From the NCBI GenBank assembly GCA_977862235.1, contig OZ374559.1, forward strand, positions 2,108,001 through 2,172,000: a stretch of 64,000 nucleotides of DNA. The letters run 5' to 3'. Source of the stretch: Dudresnaya verticillata (Eukaryota). The position numbers were made by a program, and so were the translations under genes. Below the pieces are notes generated by a model. That model worked only from the letters and a program-made list of their open reading frames with translations, ran no database searches and was not told the origin of the DNA. This document shows positions 1 through 13,369 of this stretch, piece by piece (position 1 is the stretch's first letter; every line of letters starts with the position of its first letter).

Positions 1-99
1 TTGACCTTCCGTGCTTCTTCGAGCGAGTTCTCCTTAATACTACATTACGCACCAGCTCACAGATTAGTTTACCACGACTTTTTCGAAACGAGAGTAGTA

Positions 100-2400
100 T
101 CACTCTGTGACTCCTCAAGAAGCACTGCTACCAAGCAAGCATCCCTTTAATCGCAACATTCAGAGAACCAATGTCGGCTTCTGAGCGCCACTCGTTCAAC
201 TATATTCCAATGACTCCACATTCATTCAGACTCATTCTTTCCTGCGGCGGATGCACAACGACCACACATCTTAGATAGTCTGATCGGTGTTGACAGCAGC
301 TGTCTTACCGCGCCGCTACTTCGCTGCCCTCGTTGCCTTCCCACAACCAACAACGTCTTCCGTCACATGCCTTTCGCAATATGCTCAGCTTACTCACTTA
401 TTGAACAATTGTACAATCCACTGGCGTTGACGCCTCCGAATAGGCAACGTTTCAGTGCGTTTAAAAGTAGTTTGCGTTTAACAACTTGACCCGTTGGGAT
501 GAAGACAACCACTACTGCAGAAGTCGAGAGACCGGGAGCCCCAACAAAACTTTCTACTTCCAACGATGTTTACATGTTGCCGCCTCGCCCCACTTAACAA
601 TGAGATTGAACCTTAACTTTTCCTGCACTGTCTCCCATGCTCACAAGAGTCGCTGCGGAGATGGAATTGTTTTACAATGCCATGGAAGGGTAGTTGCTTC
701 TTTCGGTGTCCAGCTTTGTTGTATTGTCTTCGTATGGTGTCAGCCCTCCTCCTGCTCTTGTGCCACAACAGTTCTTTTGCTGCCACTCATTTGAGTTTGG
801 GTACAAATTTGCGTGGTCGGAATGGCATCTTTCTCAACTCTCAGAAGAGCTCTCTGCCCTATGCTCCGTATTGCGCAGATCGCATCTGCGGCAAAAGGGC
901 GGGTTCAGGAATTACCACACCACCACTCGACTATACGTGGCCGCGTTGCAGAAATCAAGTTCCGCACCATAGGCTCAGGTCCACCGGACAATATGGATGG
1001 TGGTTATGATCATAGCGGTAGGCAGGTGAACGCCAAGCGGTAGAATAATGAGGGGTCCCGTGACCGCCCTTACTTGACCAAATGCAGTCTAAAGCTCAGT
1101 AGTAACCGTCACCCCCCTCTACGCAGCTGAGTATCGGGGAAGCAACCCAGCAGATGCAACTCTTGCGCTGGCTATGACTGGCAGCACGGTTTATTTCAGA
1201 CTTGCCTCGCTATCATTCGTTAGCAATTAATCGTCGTCCAGTTGCAATCTCTGTTGTCCCTCTAGACTCTGGAGCGTCCTAGCGCCGCTATCTCTCTTCT
1301 GAATAATCTTCCCCCTTCTCTCTTTCTCTCAGAACAGTGAACTCGAGATCGTTACAAAACTCGAACAGACTCTGGCAGACTTCGTAGATACGTACCTGCC
1401 GTGTATCTAAAACGTTTGTTTATGCCGCAGCTTCGCTTGCTCCATGCCCACCTCTTAACCTCACATCCGCCATATGCTGCGAAGCAGTAGCAATATAGCC
1501 CCTTCCAGAAGCTATTCTTCATCATATGTCATGGTCTTCCTTTTTATCCCACTTCTTCGTAGGATCCTTCATCCCTTTTCTCTCTGAACACTCTCACCAG
1601 ATATCAAAGCCCGTTACAGCCAAGTTGTACATATTTGAATGTTTTCTTACTATGGTCCTAAGCGGACGAACTGGGCATATCTTCTTCTGCACCCACACTC
1701 CGGTTACAGTTGTCGCAAGTTGTGTAGAAGAGTTTTGAAACCTCTGGGAGCCCTGTCCAGGATACTCGCACAGAGCTGCCCCCGTCACGCATAGTGCAGC
1801 ACAGCCGAAAAAACTTTATCGAACTGTAGCGTGTGGCTGTGAAAGACCCGATGTCCTATTTTGAGACGCGTTTTGCTGCATTCGCGCCCTCTCATGCATT
1901 TCTGTGGCTGTGCAGAAGCGTAGAGCGAGAGAGGAGTAACGCTGGAATAGTCCACACGAGGGAAGTGTAGTGAATACTGCGATCCTTCCTTCGTTTAATC
2001 GCTGAGCGTTGCACCTCAAGACTTTCAAAATGGAACAAAGGCCCGTGGTCTGCACGTGTCAATGGATAGGCTATAGTAGCGTATCCCTCCATATTGGGAT
2101 AGCCGTGGTACTTTATCGCGAGGTATTGGAGCGAGCACGGGTCCGCGTTCAAACGAAGCCTCAATACAAAGACGTTGAATGAAAGTCAAGTCGGGCCCTC
2201 CCATTGCAAAGTGCTTTCCGGGTTCATTCCACAGTTGCAGCTGTGAGACCAACAAATGGCAACGCAAGTAAGCGCGTTGCAATGAGCCACAAGTTGATTG
2301 GGAAGATTGAGACTCCGTGAGATTCTCGAGGTTTTCCATTACGGGATTCACAGCTGTGAGACAGCAGTACATAATACAAACTCCTGTTGTTACATTCTTT
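100..2400 (-). mobile_element. Possible highly decayed LTR-retrotransposon remnants inside the tandem unit
   Basis: Only faint integrase-like fragments on the minus strand near 120-270. No intact motif. Confidence 0.2.
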
Positions 2401-3095
2401 GAGCTAGAATCGTTTCCTATTCCGTGACTCTAGTGCTGCGTGTGATACACTGCAGTATGGTTTCTTAAACAGCGAGTCGCGGCAATGCCCGCGCTCATGA
2501 GTAAACGTTTCTCATGACAATGCTCACGAGTTTTCGCGTTGCCAGACACGAGTCTTGGATGTTTTGCATGCTGCAATGCATGGAGTCCTACACCCTTTGC
2601 ATGTTGCCTCTCGAGGGCATGCGCACACTCTGTGGCCACACTTCTCTCTCATGCTCTCTGTAGATGGTCGAAAATCCCAAACCGCATAAACACGAAACGA
2701 ATCGTCTGGCCACGCGCAATGGTAAGTGGTACATCTTACGGTAAGAAGATGTGATGTGCGGTCGGAAATGGAACGATTTAGGTAGTACCTTGGGATACTT
2801 TCCCCTGCCACCCAGTCGAAGCACTGCCGAAAGGGCAGCTCTGCGCGCAGAGTGTACGGTAGAAGCCAGAGGATATGGATGGCAACCACACAAGAAGCTC
2901 AGAAGGTTGGTTCTGAAGAACCTGTGTAATAATTGATGGTGATGGTGATCCAAGCGTTCAAAAAAGAAACAATGCTCTGGGTTTTGTCATACAAGCTGTT
3001 TGCACGCTTCCAAAATGCTCTATTCTCTTGGTGATACGTTGAAAGTCCCCTGCTGCATCTTCTTGCCTTGTTGAGAACTTTTAGCCAAAGGGTTG

Positions 3096-3107
3096 GTATT
3101 TAAACGC
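3096..3107 (+). promoter_or_regulatory. TATA-like box GTATTTAAACGC (also 8005, 12914)
   Basis: It lies 111 nt upstream of the ATG. The same 12-mer is 115 nt upstream of the 52334 gene on the minus strand. Confidence 0.55.
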
Positions 3108-3206
3108 CGTACTCACAACAGATTTAAGAAACGAAACGATGGCACAATCCAACCCAAGAGCAGACCTGAAACAACGGATCACAACCTCGACCAGCAACAC
3201 TTCATC

Positions 3207-3551
3207 ATGATCGGGAGGGCCATTTCTCTCTTCGTGCTTCTTCTTCTGGTGAACTTCGCTGCCGCCAATATATGCACAGTTTCACGACTTCGTGGACTCT
3301 GCGTCCCAATTGCAACCTGCCGATCGCAAAGACGCGTGCCACGTTTTAGTAGGAGTTGTGCAAGGGGATTGGGATGCTGTATAGGGTATCGTTTGAGAAA
3401 ATGTACGGTGATAGTTCGCCGATCAACAGGCGCAAGGCTTGCAGTAGGTGTTTGCTTACCAAGCTTTGCCTGCAAAAGAGGATTTCAAACTTTACCGACC
3501 AGGAGCTGCGGTGGAAGCAGCCTCATCAAGTGTTGTTTCAATCCTCGCTAG
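3207..3551 (+). CDS. Secreted cationic cysteine-rich peptide with two beta-defensin-like domains (114 aa), copy 1
   Basis: Signal peptide MIGRAISLFVLLLLVNFAAA. Cys patterns are C-x8-C-x5-C-x12-C-x5-CC and C-x16-C-x5-C-x11-C-x7-CC, each with GxC. The mature part has 19 R/K and no D/E. A TATA-like GTATTTAAA lies at 3096. Confidence 0.85.
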   Translation: MIGRAISLFVLLLLVNFAAANICTVSRLRGLCVPIATCRSQRRVPRFSRSCARGLGCCIGYRLRKCTVIVRRSTGARLAVGVCLPSFACKRGFQTLPTRSCGGSSLIKCCFNPR

Positions 3552-3742
3552 TAGAGACCAAGAACATAGTTGCAAAGCCCACAAGGATCAGTTCAGTGTT
3601 TTCGTGAAGAAAGCGCTCGACATTGGTCTGTCATCATGAGCACAAACATACGGCTACAGCAGCAGAAGAATGTATTTTGTTTGCTGCAGTTTAGCAACAG
3701 CCGCTACATTTATGGGAACAAGTGTTGCTGGTCGCTTAGAAC

Positions 3743-3774
3743 TCTTGTTCTTTAATAAAGGTCTCTCTCTCTCT
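3743..3774 (+). mobile_element. 32-nt retroposed 3' tail of a CRE-like element with 8-bp TSD (also 8652-8683, 13561-13592)
   Basis: TCTTGTTCTTTAATAAAGG(TC)n is flanked by CTTAGAAC at 3735-3742 and 3775-3782. It matches the element end at 23138-23167 and is absent from the paralogous flank near 32250. Confidence 0.85.
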
Positions 3775-3821
3775 CTTAGAACGAATGGATTAAATGTGGA
3801 ATTGTCTGTATGTACATCTCG

Positions 3822-4415
3822 CGCCACAATATGTCAGTGTAGTCAGTGCAGCATTTCTCGCCACGATATCCTTCGCAATCAGCTTGTGACCTTTCTCCGC
3901 AGCATTGCTCTCCACCGTGGTATTAGTACTCAGCAGAAGCGCAACTTGTCCTACTTCGAGGAGGCCTTGGATCCCCACATCGTTGCCCACGTAAGATCAC
4001 CTTAAAGAAAAAGTAAACGTTTACCATCACGTCGTGGCCGTTGTCCTTTTGTGGATTCCTCTGCACTCAACGCGTCTGAACGGTGCCGCGATGCCTGTCA
4101 GTTGCAGCATGCTGAAGACCGTACATATTAAAACCACAGTCATGACCGTCCTAGTATAGATCTTTAATTGAATGACCCTGCGGTGACACCATCTCGTAAG
4201 CATTGAAAGTCTCTGTGGTCAGCCCGCACAGTCCTTCTACCATTTCAAGTATGCGCCGCTCTCAACATCACGCTATTCATCACTGCGAGCAATCGAAAAT
4301 CCTCCATTATCGTCGATTGTGTTCAAACAACCGGACCTCCTACCGATGGCGACGTACATTTATGTGCAAGCATCCCTTTATTCTCAAAGTGGAGAGTAAG
4401 CCCCTTAAAGGGAAT
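3822..4415 (+). mobile_element. Degenerate 5'-truncated CRE-like (REL endonuclease) non-LTR fragment (also 8731-9324, 13640-14233)
   Basis: ATIC...SISRHDILRNQL, RNLSYFEE and KVSVVSPH...SQHHAIHHCEQSKILHYRRLCSNN parallel 25070-25510. It ends in an AGCCCCTTAAAGGG hairpin remnant. Confidence 0.8.
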
Positions 4416-7400
4416 TAATATGCACTGTTGCTAACAGTATGCGTGAGGGGTGACGACCGAGACATCAAATGCTTGGAGGGTGGGGGGCGAAGCTACTGTC
4501 ATCTATGAAAATGTCCATAGAAGCTGATCACGGCGAAGCTCAGGTGAGTCGTTGGTGCATTTATGTGAGCCATTAGTTGTGTGAGCCATTGGCTCCAGAA
4601 TCGCTCGTGGCGTTCAGGCTCAGCGGTTCAGCGAGCTCCGATTTTCTTGGAAACTCTAAAGATACTTGGTCGACGACTGAGAAGCTCTCTCGTCTCTCGC
4701 TGAACTCCCACACGTCTGCCGTGCTTCAATTCACCGCAGTGGCTTTTAGTCACCGCAAGTTTGCGGGCAAACCCTCTAACCGTCGCTTCTCATGTTCGAA
4801 AACACGACTCCACACGTATAATTAACACTTTGTGCGTGACAATTGAGTTGCAAAGTTGCTCGACCACGATTACAAACCATTTCGTACTTCTTCCTTTCTT
4901 CCGGCAACGTTGACCTTCCGTGCTTCTTCGAGCGAGTTCTCCTTAATACTACATTACGCACCAGCTCACAGATTAGTTTACCACGACTTTTTCGAAACGA
5001 GAGTAGTATCACTCTGTGACTCCTCAAGAAGCACTGCTACCAAGCAAGCATCCCTTTAATCGCAACATTCAGAGAACCAATGTCGGCTTCTGAGCGCCAC
5101 TCGTTCAACTATATTCCAATGACTCCACATTCATTCAGACTCATTCTTTCCTGCGGCGGATGCACAACGACCACACATCTTAGATAGTCTGATCGGTGTT
5201 GACAGCAGCTGTCTTACCGCGCCGCTACTTCGCTGCCCTCGTTGCCTTCCCACAACCAACAACGTCTTCCGTCACATGCCTTTCGCAATATGCTCAGCTT
5301 ACTCACTTATTGAACAATTGTACAATCCACTGGCGTTGACGCCTCCGAATAGGCAACGTTTCAGTGCGTTTAACAGTAGTTTGCGTTTAACAACTTGACC
5401 CGTTGGGATGAAGACAACCACTACTGCAGAAGTCGAGAGACCGGGAGCCCCAACAAAACTTTCTACTTCCAACGATGTTTACATGTTGCCGCCTCGCCCC
5501 ACTTAACAATGAGATTGAACCTTAACTTTTCCTGCACTGTCTCCCATGCTCACAAGAGTCGCTGCGGAGATGGAATTGTTTTACAATGCCATGGAAGGGT
5601 AGTTGCTTCTTTCGGTGTCCAGCTTTGTTGTATTGTCTTCGTATGGTGTCAGCCCTCCTCCTGCTCTTGTGCCACAACAGTTCTTTTGCTGCCACTCATT
5701 TGAGTTTGGGTACAAATTTGCGTGGTCGGAATGGCATCTTTCTCAACTCTCAGAAGAGCTCTCTGCCCTATGCTCCGTATTGCGCAGATCGCATCTGCGG
5801 CAAAAGGGCGGGTTCAGGAATTACCACACCACCACTCGACTATACGTGGCCGCGTTGCAGAAATCAAGTTCCGCACCATAGGCTCAGGTCCACCGGACAA
5901 TATGGATGGTGGTTATGATCATAGCGGTAGGCAGGTGAACGCCAAGCGGTAGAATAATGAGGGGTCCCGTGACCGCCCTTACTTGACCAAATGCAGTCTA
6001 AAGCTCAGTAGTAACCGTCACCCCCCTCTACGCAGCTGAGTATCGGGGAAGCAACCCAGCAGATGCAACTCTTGCGCTGGCTATGACTGGCAGCACGGTT
6101 TATTTCAGACTTGCCTCGCTATCATTCGTTAGCAATTAATCGTCGTCCAGTTGCAATCTCTGTTGTCCCTCTAGACTCTGGAGCGTCCTAGCGCCGCTAT
6201 CTCTCTTCTGAATAATCTTCCCCCTTCTCTCTTTCTCTCAGAACAGTGAACTCGAGATCGTTACAAAACTCGAACAGACTCTGGCAGACTTCGTAGATAC
6301 GTACCTGCCGTGTATCTAAAACGTTTGTTTATGCCGCAGCTTCGCTTGCTCCATGCCCACCTCTTAACCTCACATCCGCCATATGCTGCGAAGCAGTAGC
6401 AATATAGCCCCTTCCAGAAGCTATTCTTCATCATATGTCATGGTCTTCCTTTTTATCCCACTTCTTCGTAGGATCCTTCATCCCTTTTCTCTCTGAACAC
6501 TCTCACCAGATATCAAAGCCCGTTACAGCCAAGTTGTACATATTTGAATGTTTTCTTACTATGGTCCTAAGCGGACGAACTGGGCATATCTTCTTCTGCA
6601 CCCACACTCCGGTTACAGTTGTCGCAAGTTGTGTAGAAGAGTTTTGAAACCTCTGGGAGCCCTGTCCAGGATACTCGCACAGAGCTGCCCCCGTCACGCA
6701 TAGTGCAGCACAGCCGAAAAAACTTTATCGAACTGTAGCGTGTGGCTGTGAAAGACCCGATGTCCTATTTTGAGACGCGTTTTGCTGCATTCGCGCCCTC
6801 TCATGCATTTCTGTGGCTGTGCAGAAGCGTAGAGCGAGAGAGGAGTAACGCTGGAATAGTCCACACGAGGGAAGTGTAGTGAATACTGCGATCCTTCCTT
6901 CGTTTAATCGCTGAGCGTTGCACCTCAAGACTTTCAAAATGGAACAAAGGCCCGTGGTCTGCACGTGTCAATGGATAGGCTATAGTAGCGTATCCCTCCA
7001 TATTGGGATAGCCGTGGTACTTTATCGCGAGGTATTGGAGCGAGCACGGGTCCGCGTTCAAACGAAGCCTCAATACAAAGACGTTGAATGAAAGTCAAGT
7101 CGGGCCCTCCCATTGCAAAGTGCTTTCCGGGTTCATTCCACAGTTGCAGCTGTGAGACCAACAAATGGCAACGCAAGTAAGCGCGTTGCAATGAGCCACA
7201 AGTTGATTGGGAAGATTGAGACTCCGTGAGATTCTCGAGGTTTTCCATTACGGGATTCACAGCTGTGAGACAGCAGTACATAATACAAACTCCTGTTGTT
7301 ACATTCTTTGAGCTAGAATCGTTTCCTATTCCGTGACTCTAGTGCTGCGTGTGATACACTGCAGTATGGTTTCTTAAACAGCGAGTCGCGGCAATGCCCG

Positions 7401-8115
7401 CGCTCATGAGTAAACGTTTCTCATGACAATGCTCACGAGTTTTCGCGTTGCCAGACACGAGTCTTGGATGTTTTGCATGCTGCAATGCATGGAGTCCTAC
7501 ACCCTTTGCATGTTGCCTCTCGAGGGCATGCGCACACTCTGTGGCCACACTTCTCTCTCATGCTCTCTGTAGATGGTCGAAAATCCCAAACCGCATAAAC
7601 ACGAAACGAATCGTCTGGCCACGCGCAATGGTAAGTGGTACATCTTACGGTAAGAAGATGTGATGTGCGGTCGGAAATGGAACGATTTAGGTAGTACCTT
7701 GGGATACTTTCCCCTGCCACCCAGTCGAAGCACTGCCGAAAGGGCAGCTCTGCGCGCAGAGTGTACGGTAGAAGCCAGAGGATATGGATGGCAACCACAC
7801 AAGAAGCTCAGAAGGTTGGTTCTGAAGAACCTGTGTAATAATTGATGGTGATGGTGATCCAAGCGTTCAAAAAAGAAACAATGCTCTGGGTTTTGTCATA
7901 CAAGCTGTTTGCACGCTTCCAAAATGCTCTATTCTCTTGGTGATACGTTGAAAGTCCCCTGCTGCATCTTCTTGCCTTGTTGAGAACTTTTAGCCAAAGG
8001 GTTGGTATTTAAACGCCGTACTCACAACAGATTTAAGAAACGAAACGATGGCACAATCCAACCCAAGAGCAGACCTGAAACAACGGATCACAACCTCGAC
8101 CAGCAACACTTCATC

Positions 8116-8460
8116 ATGATCGGGAGGGCCATTTCTCTCTTCGTGCTTCTTCTTCTGGTGAACTTCGCTGCCGCCAATATATGCACAGTTTCACGACTTC
8201 GTGGACTCTGCGTCCCAATTGCAACCTGCCGATCGCAAAGACGCGTGCCACGTTTTAGTAGGAGTTGTGCAAGGGGATTGGGATGCTGTATAGGGTATCG
8301 TTTGAGAAAATGTACGGTGATAGTTCGCCGATCAACAGGCGCAAGGCTTGCAGTAGGTGTTTGCTTACCAAGCTTTGCCTGCAAAAGAGGATTTCAAACT
8401 TTACCGACCAGGAGCTGCGGTGGAAGCAGCCTCATCAAGTGTTGTTTCAATCCTCGCTAG
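8116..8460 (+). CDS. Double beta-defensin-like secreted peptide, copy 2
   Basis: Translation identical to 3207-3551. Confidence 0.85.
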   Translation: MIGRAISLFVLLLLVNFAAANICTVSRLRGLCVPIATCRSQRRVPRFSRSCARGLGCCIGYRLRKCTVIVRRSTGARLAVGVCLPSFACKRGFQTLPTRSCGGSSLIKCCFNPR

Positions 8461-11400
8461 TAGAGACCAAGAACATAGTTGCAAAGCCCACAAGGATCAG
8501 TTCAGTGTTTTCGTGAAGAAAGCGCTCGACATTGGTCTGTCATCATGAGCACAAACATACGGCTACAGCAGCAGAAGAATGTATTTTGTTTGCTGCAGTT
8601 TAGCAACAGCCGCTACATTTATGGGAACAAGTGTTGCTGGTCGCTTAGAACTCTTGTTCTTTAATAAAGGTCTCTCTCTCTCTCTTAGAACGAATGGATT
8701 AAATGTGGAATTGTCTGTATGTACATCTCGCGCCACAATATGTCAGTGTAGTCAGTGCAGCATTTCTCGCCACGATATCCTTCGCAATCAGCTTGTGACC
8801 TTTCTCCGCAGCATTGCTCTCCACCGTGGTATTAGTACTCAGCAGAAGCGCAACTTGTCCTACTTCGAGGAGGCCTTGGATCCCCACATCGTTGCCCACG
8901 TAAGATCACCTTAAAGAAAAAGTAAACGTTTACCATCACGTCGTGGCCGTTGTCCTTTTGTGGATTCCTCTGCACTCAACGCGTCTGAACGGTGCCGCGA
9001 TGCCTGTCAGTTGCAGCATGCTGAAGACCGTACATATTAAAACCACAGTCATGACCGTCCTAGTATAGATCTTTAATTGAATGACCCTGCGGTGACACCA
9101 TCTCGTAAGCATTGAAAGTCTCTGTGGTCAGCCCGCACAGTCCTTCTACCATTTCAAGTATGCGCCGCTCTCAACATCACGCTATTCATCACTGCGAGCA
9201 ATCGAAAATCCTCCATTATCGTCGATTGTGTTCAAACAACCGGACCTCCTACCGATGGCGACGTACATTTATGTGCAAGCATCCCTTTATTCTCAAAGTG
9301 GAGAGTAAGCCCCTTAAAGGGAATTAATATGCACTGTTGCTAACAGTATGCGTGAGGGGTGACGACCGAGACATCAAATGCTTGGAGGGTGGGGGGCGAA
9401 GCTACTGTCATCTATGAAAATGTCCATAGAAGCTGATCACGGCGAAGCTCAGGTGAGTCGTTGGTGCATTTATGTGAGCCATTAGTTGTGTGAGCCATTG
9501 GCTCCAGAATCGCTCGTGGCGTTCAGGCTCAGCGGTTCAGCGAGCTCCGATTTTCTTGGAAACTCTAAAGATACTTGGTCGACGACTGAGAAGCTCTCTC
9601 GTCTCTCGCTGAACTCCCACACGTCTGCCGTGCTTCAATTCACCGCAGTGGCTTTTAGTCACCGCAAGTTTGCGGGCAAACCCTCTAACCGTCGCTTCTC
9701 ATGTTCGAAAACACGACTCCACACGTATAATTAACACTTTGTGCGTGACAATTGAGTTGCAAAGTTGCTCGACCACGATTACAAACCATTTCGTACTTCT
9801 TCCTTTCTTCCGGCAACGTTGACCTTCCGTGCTTCTTCGAGCGAGTTCTCCTTAATACTACATTACGCACCAGCTCACAGATTAGTTTACCACGACTTTT
9901 TCGAAACGAGAGTAGTATCACTCTGTGACTCCTCAAGAAGCACTGCTACCAAGCAAGCATCCCTTTAATCGCAACATTCAGAGAACCAATGTCGGCTTCT
10001 GAGCGCCACTCGTTCAACTATATTCCAATGACTCCACATTCATTCAGACTCATTCTTTCCTGCGGCGGATGCACAACGACCACACATCTTAGATAGTCTG
10101 ATCGGTGTTGACAGCAGCTGTCTTACCGCGCCGCTACTTCGCTGCCCTCGTTGCCTTCCCACAACCAACAACGTCTTCCGTCACATGCCTTTCGCAATAT
10201 GCTCAGCTTACTCACTTATTGAACAATTGTACAATCCACTGGCGTTGACGCCTCCGAATAGGCAACGTTTCAGTGCGTTTAACAGTAGTTTGCGTTTAAC
10301 AACTTGACCCGTTGGGATGAAGACAACCACTACTGCAGAAGTCGAGAGACCGGGAGCCCCAACAAAACTTTCTACTTCCAACGATGTTTACATGTTGCCG
10401 CCTCGCCCCACTTAACAATGAGATTGAACCTTAACTTTTCCTGCACTGTCTCCCATGCTCACAAGAGTCGCTGCGGAGATGGAATTGTTTTACAATGCCA
10501 TGGAAGGGTAGTTGCTTCTTTCGGTGTCCAGCTTTGTTGTATTGTCTTCGTATGGTGTCAGCCCTCCTCCTGCTCTTGTGCCACAACAGTTCTTTTGCTG
10601 CCACTCATTTGAGTTTGGGTACAAATTTGCGTGGTCGGAATGGCATCTTTCTCAACTCTCAGAAGAGCTCTCTGCCCTATGCTCCGTATTGCGCAGATCG
10701 CATCTGCGGCAAAAGGGCGGGTTCAGGAATTACCACACCACCACTCGACTATACGTGGCCGCGTTGCAGAAATCAAGTTCCGCACCATAGGCTCAGGTCC
10801 ACCGGACAATATGGATGGTGGTTATGATCATAGCGGTAGGCAGGTGAACGCCAAGCGGTAGAATAATGAGGGGTCCCGTGACCGCCCTTACTTGACCAAA
10901 TGCAGTCTAAAGCTCAGTAGTAACCGTCACCCCCCTCTACGCAGCTGAGTATCGGGGAAGCAACCCAGCAGATGCAACTCTTGCGCTGGCTATGACTGGC
11001 AGCACGGTTTATTTCAGACTTGCCTCGCTATCATTCGTTAGCAATTAATCGTCGTCCAGTTGCAATCTCTGTTGTCCCTCTAGACTCTGGAGCGTCCTAG
11101 CGCCGCTATCTCTCTTCTGAATAATCTTCCCCCTTCTCTCTTTCTCTCAGAACAGTGAACTCGAGATCGTTACAAAACTCGAACAGACTCTGGCAGACTT
11201 CGTAGATACGTACCTGCCGTGTATCTAAAACGTTTGTTTATGCCGCAGCTTCGCTTGCTCCATGCCCACCTCTTAACCTCACATCCGCCATATGCTGCGA
11301 AGCAGTAGCAATATAGCCCCTTCCAGAAGCTATTCTTCATCATATGTCATGGTCTTCCTTTTTATCCCACTTCTTCGTAGGATCCTTCATCCCTTTTCTC

Positions 11401-13024
11401 TCTGAACACTCTCACCAGATATCAAAGCCCGTTACAGCCAAGTTGTACATATTTGAATGTTTTCTTACTATGGTCCTAAGCGGACGAACTGGGCATATCT
11501 TCTTCTGCACCCACACTCCGGTTACAGTTGTCGCAAGTTGTGTAGAAGAGTTTTGAAACCTCTGGGAGCCCTGTCCAGGATACTCGCACAGAGCTGCCCC
11601 CGTCACGCATAGTGCAGCACAGCCGAAAAAACTTTATCGAACTGTAGCGTGTGGCTGTGAAAGACCCGATGTCCTATTTTGAGACGCGTTTTGCTGCATT
11701 CGCGCCCTCTCATGCATTTCTGTGGCTGTGCAGAAGCGTAGAGCGAGAGAGGAGTAACGCTGGAATAGTCCACACGAGGGAAGTGTAGTGAATACTGCGA
11801 TCCTTCCTTCGTTTAATCGCTGAGCGTTGCACCTCAAGACTTTCAAAATGGAACAAAGGCCCGTGGTCTGCACGTGTCAATGGATAGGCTATAGTAGCGT
11901 ATCCCTCCATATTGGGATAGCCGTGGTACTTTATCGCGAGGTATTGGAGCGAGCACGGGTCCGCGTTCAAACGAAGCCTCAATACAAAGACGTTGAATGA
12001 AAGTCAAGTCGGGCCCTCCCATTGCAAAGTGCTTTCCGGGTTCATTCCACAGTTGCAGCTGTGAGACCAACAAATGGCAACGCAAGTAAGCGCGTTGCAA
12101 TGAGCCACAAGTTGATTGGGAAGATTGAGACTCCGTGAGATTCTCGAGGTTTTCCATTACGGGATTCACAGCTGTGAGACAGCAGTACATAATACAAACT
12201 CCTGTTGTTACATTCTTTGAGCTAGAATCGTTTCCTATTCCGTGACTCTAGTGCTGCGTGTGATACACTGCAGTATGGTTTCTTAAACAGCGAGTCGCGG
12301 CAATGCCCGCGCTCATGAGTAAACGTTTCTCATGACAATGCTCACGAGTTTTCGCGTTGCCAGACACGAGTCTTGGATGTTTTGCATGCTGCAATGCATG
12401 GAGTCCTACACCCTTTGCATGTTGCCTCTCGAGGGCATGCGCACACTCTGTGGCCACACTTCTCTCTCATGCTCTCTGTAGATGGTCGAAAATCCCAAAC
12501 CGCATAAACACGAAACGAATCGTCTGGCCACGCGCAATGGTAAGTGGTACATCTTACGGTAAGAAGATGTGATGTGCGGTCGGAAATGGAACGATTTAGG
12601 TAGTACCTTGGGATACTTTCCCCTGCCACCCAGTCGAAGCACTGCCGAAAGGGCAGCTCTGCGCGCAGAGTGTACGGTAGAAGCCAGAGGATATGGATGG
12701 CAACCACACAAGAAGCTCAGAAGGTTGGTTCTGAAGAACCTGTGTAATAATTGATGGTGATGGTGATCCAAGCGTTCAAAAAAGAAACAATGCTCTGGGT
12801 TTTGTCATACAAGCTGTTTGCACGCTTCCAAAATGCTCTATTCTCTTGGTGATACGTTGAAAGTCCCCTGCTGCATCTTCTTGCCTTGTTGAGAACTTTT
12901 AGCCAAAGGGTTGGTATTTAAACGCCGTACTCACAACAGATTTAAGAAACGAAACGATGGCACAATCCAACCCAAGAGCAGACCTGAAACAACGGATCAC
13001 AACCTCGACCAGCAACACTTCATC

Positions 13025-13369
13025 ATGATCGGGAGGGCCATTTCTCTCTTCGTGCTTCTTCTTCTGGTGAACTTCGCTGCCGCCAATATATGCACAGTTT
13101 CACGACTTCGTGGACTCTGCGTCCCAATTGCAACCTGCCGATCGCAAAGACGCGTGCCACGTTTTAGTAGGAGTTGTGCAAGGGGATTGGGATGCTGTAT
13201 AGGGTATCGTTTGAGAAAATGTACGGTGATAGTTCGCCGATCAACAGGCGCAAGGCTTGCAGTAGGTGTTTGCTTACCAAGCTTTGCCTGCAAAAGAGGA
13301 TTTCAAACTTTACCGACCAGGAGCTGCGGTGGAAGCAGCCTCATCAAGTGTTGTTTCAATCCTCGCTAG
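13025..13369 (+). CDS. Double beta-defensin-like secreted peptide, copy 3
   Basis: Translation identical to 3207-3551. Confidence 0.85.
   Translation: MIGRAISLFVLLLLVNFAAANICTVSRLRGLCVPIATCRSQRRVPRFSRSCARGLGCCIGYRLRKCTVIVRRSTGARLAVGVCLPSFACKRGFQTLPTRSCGGSSLIKCCFNPR

Noticed and set aside
2357..2953. Cys-rich short ORFs in the tandem unit
   Set aside because: No signal peptide or coherent motif; they recur only because the unit is duplicated.
3093..3206. N-terminal extensions given by the ORF track (also 46355-46465, 52335-52478)
   Set aside because: They use non-ATG starts or overlap the TATA/5'UTR. The signal peptides begin at the downstream ATGs.
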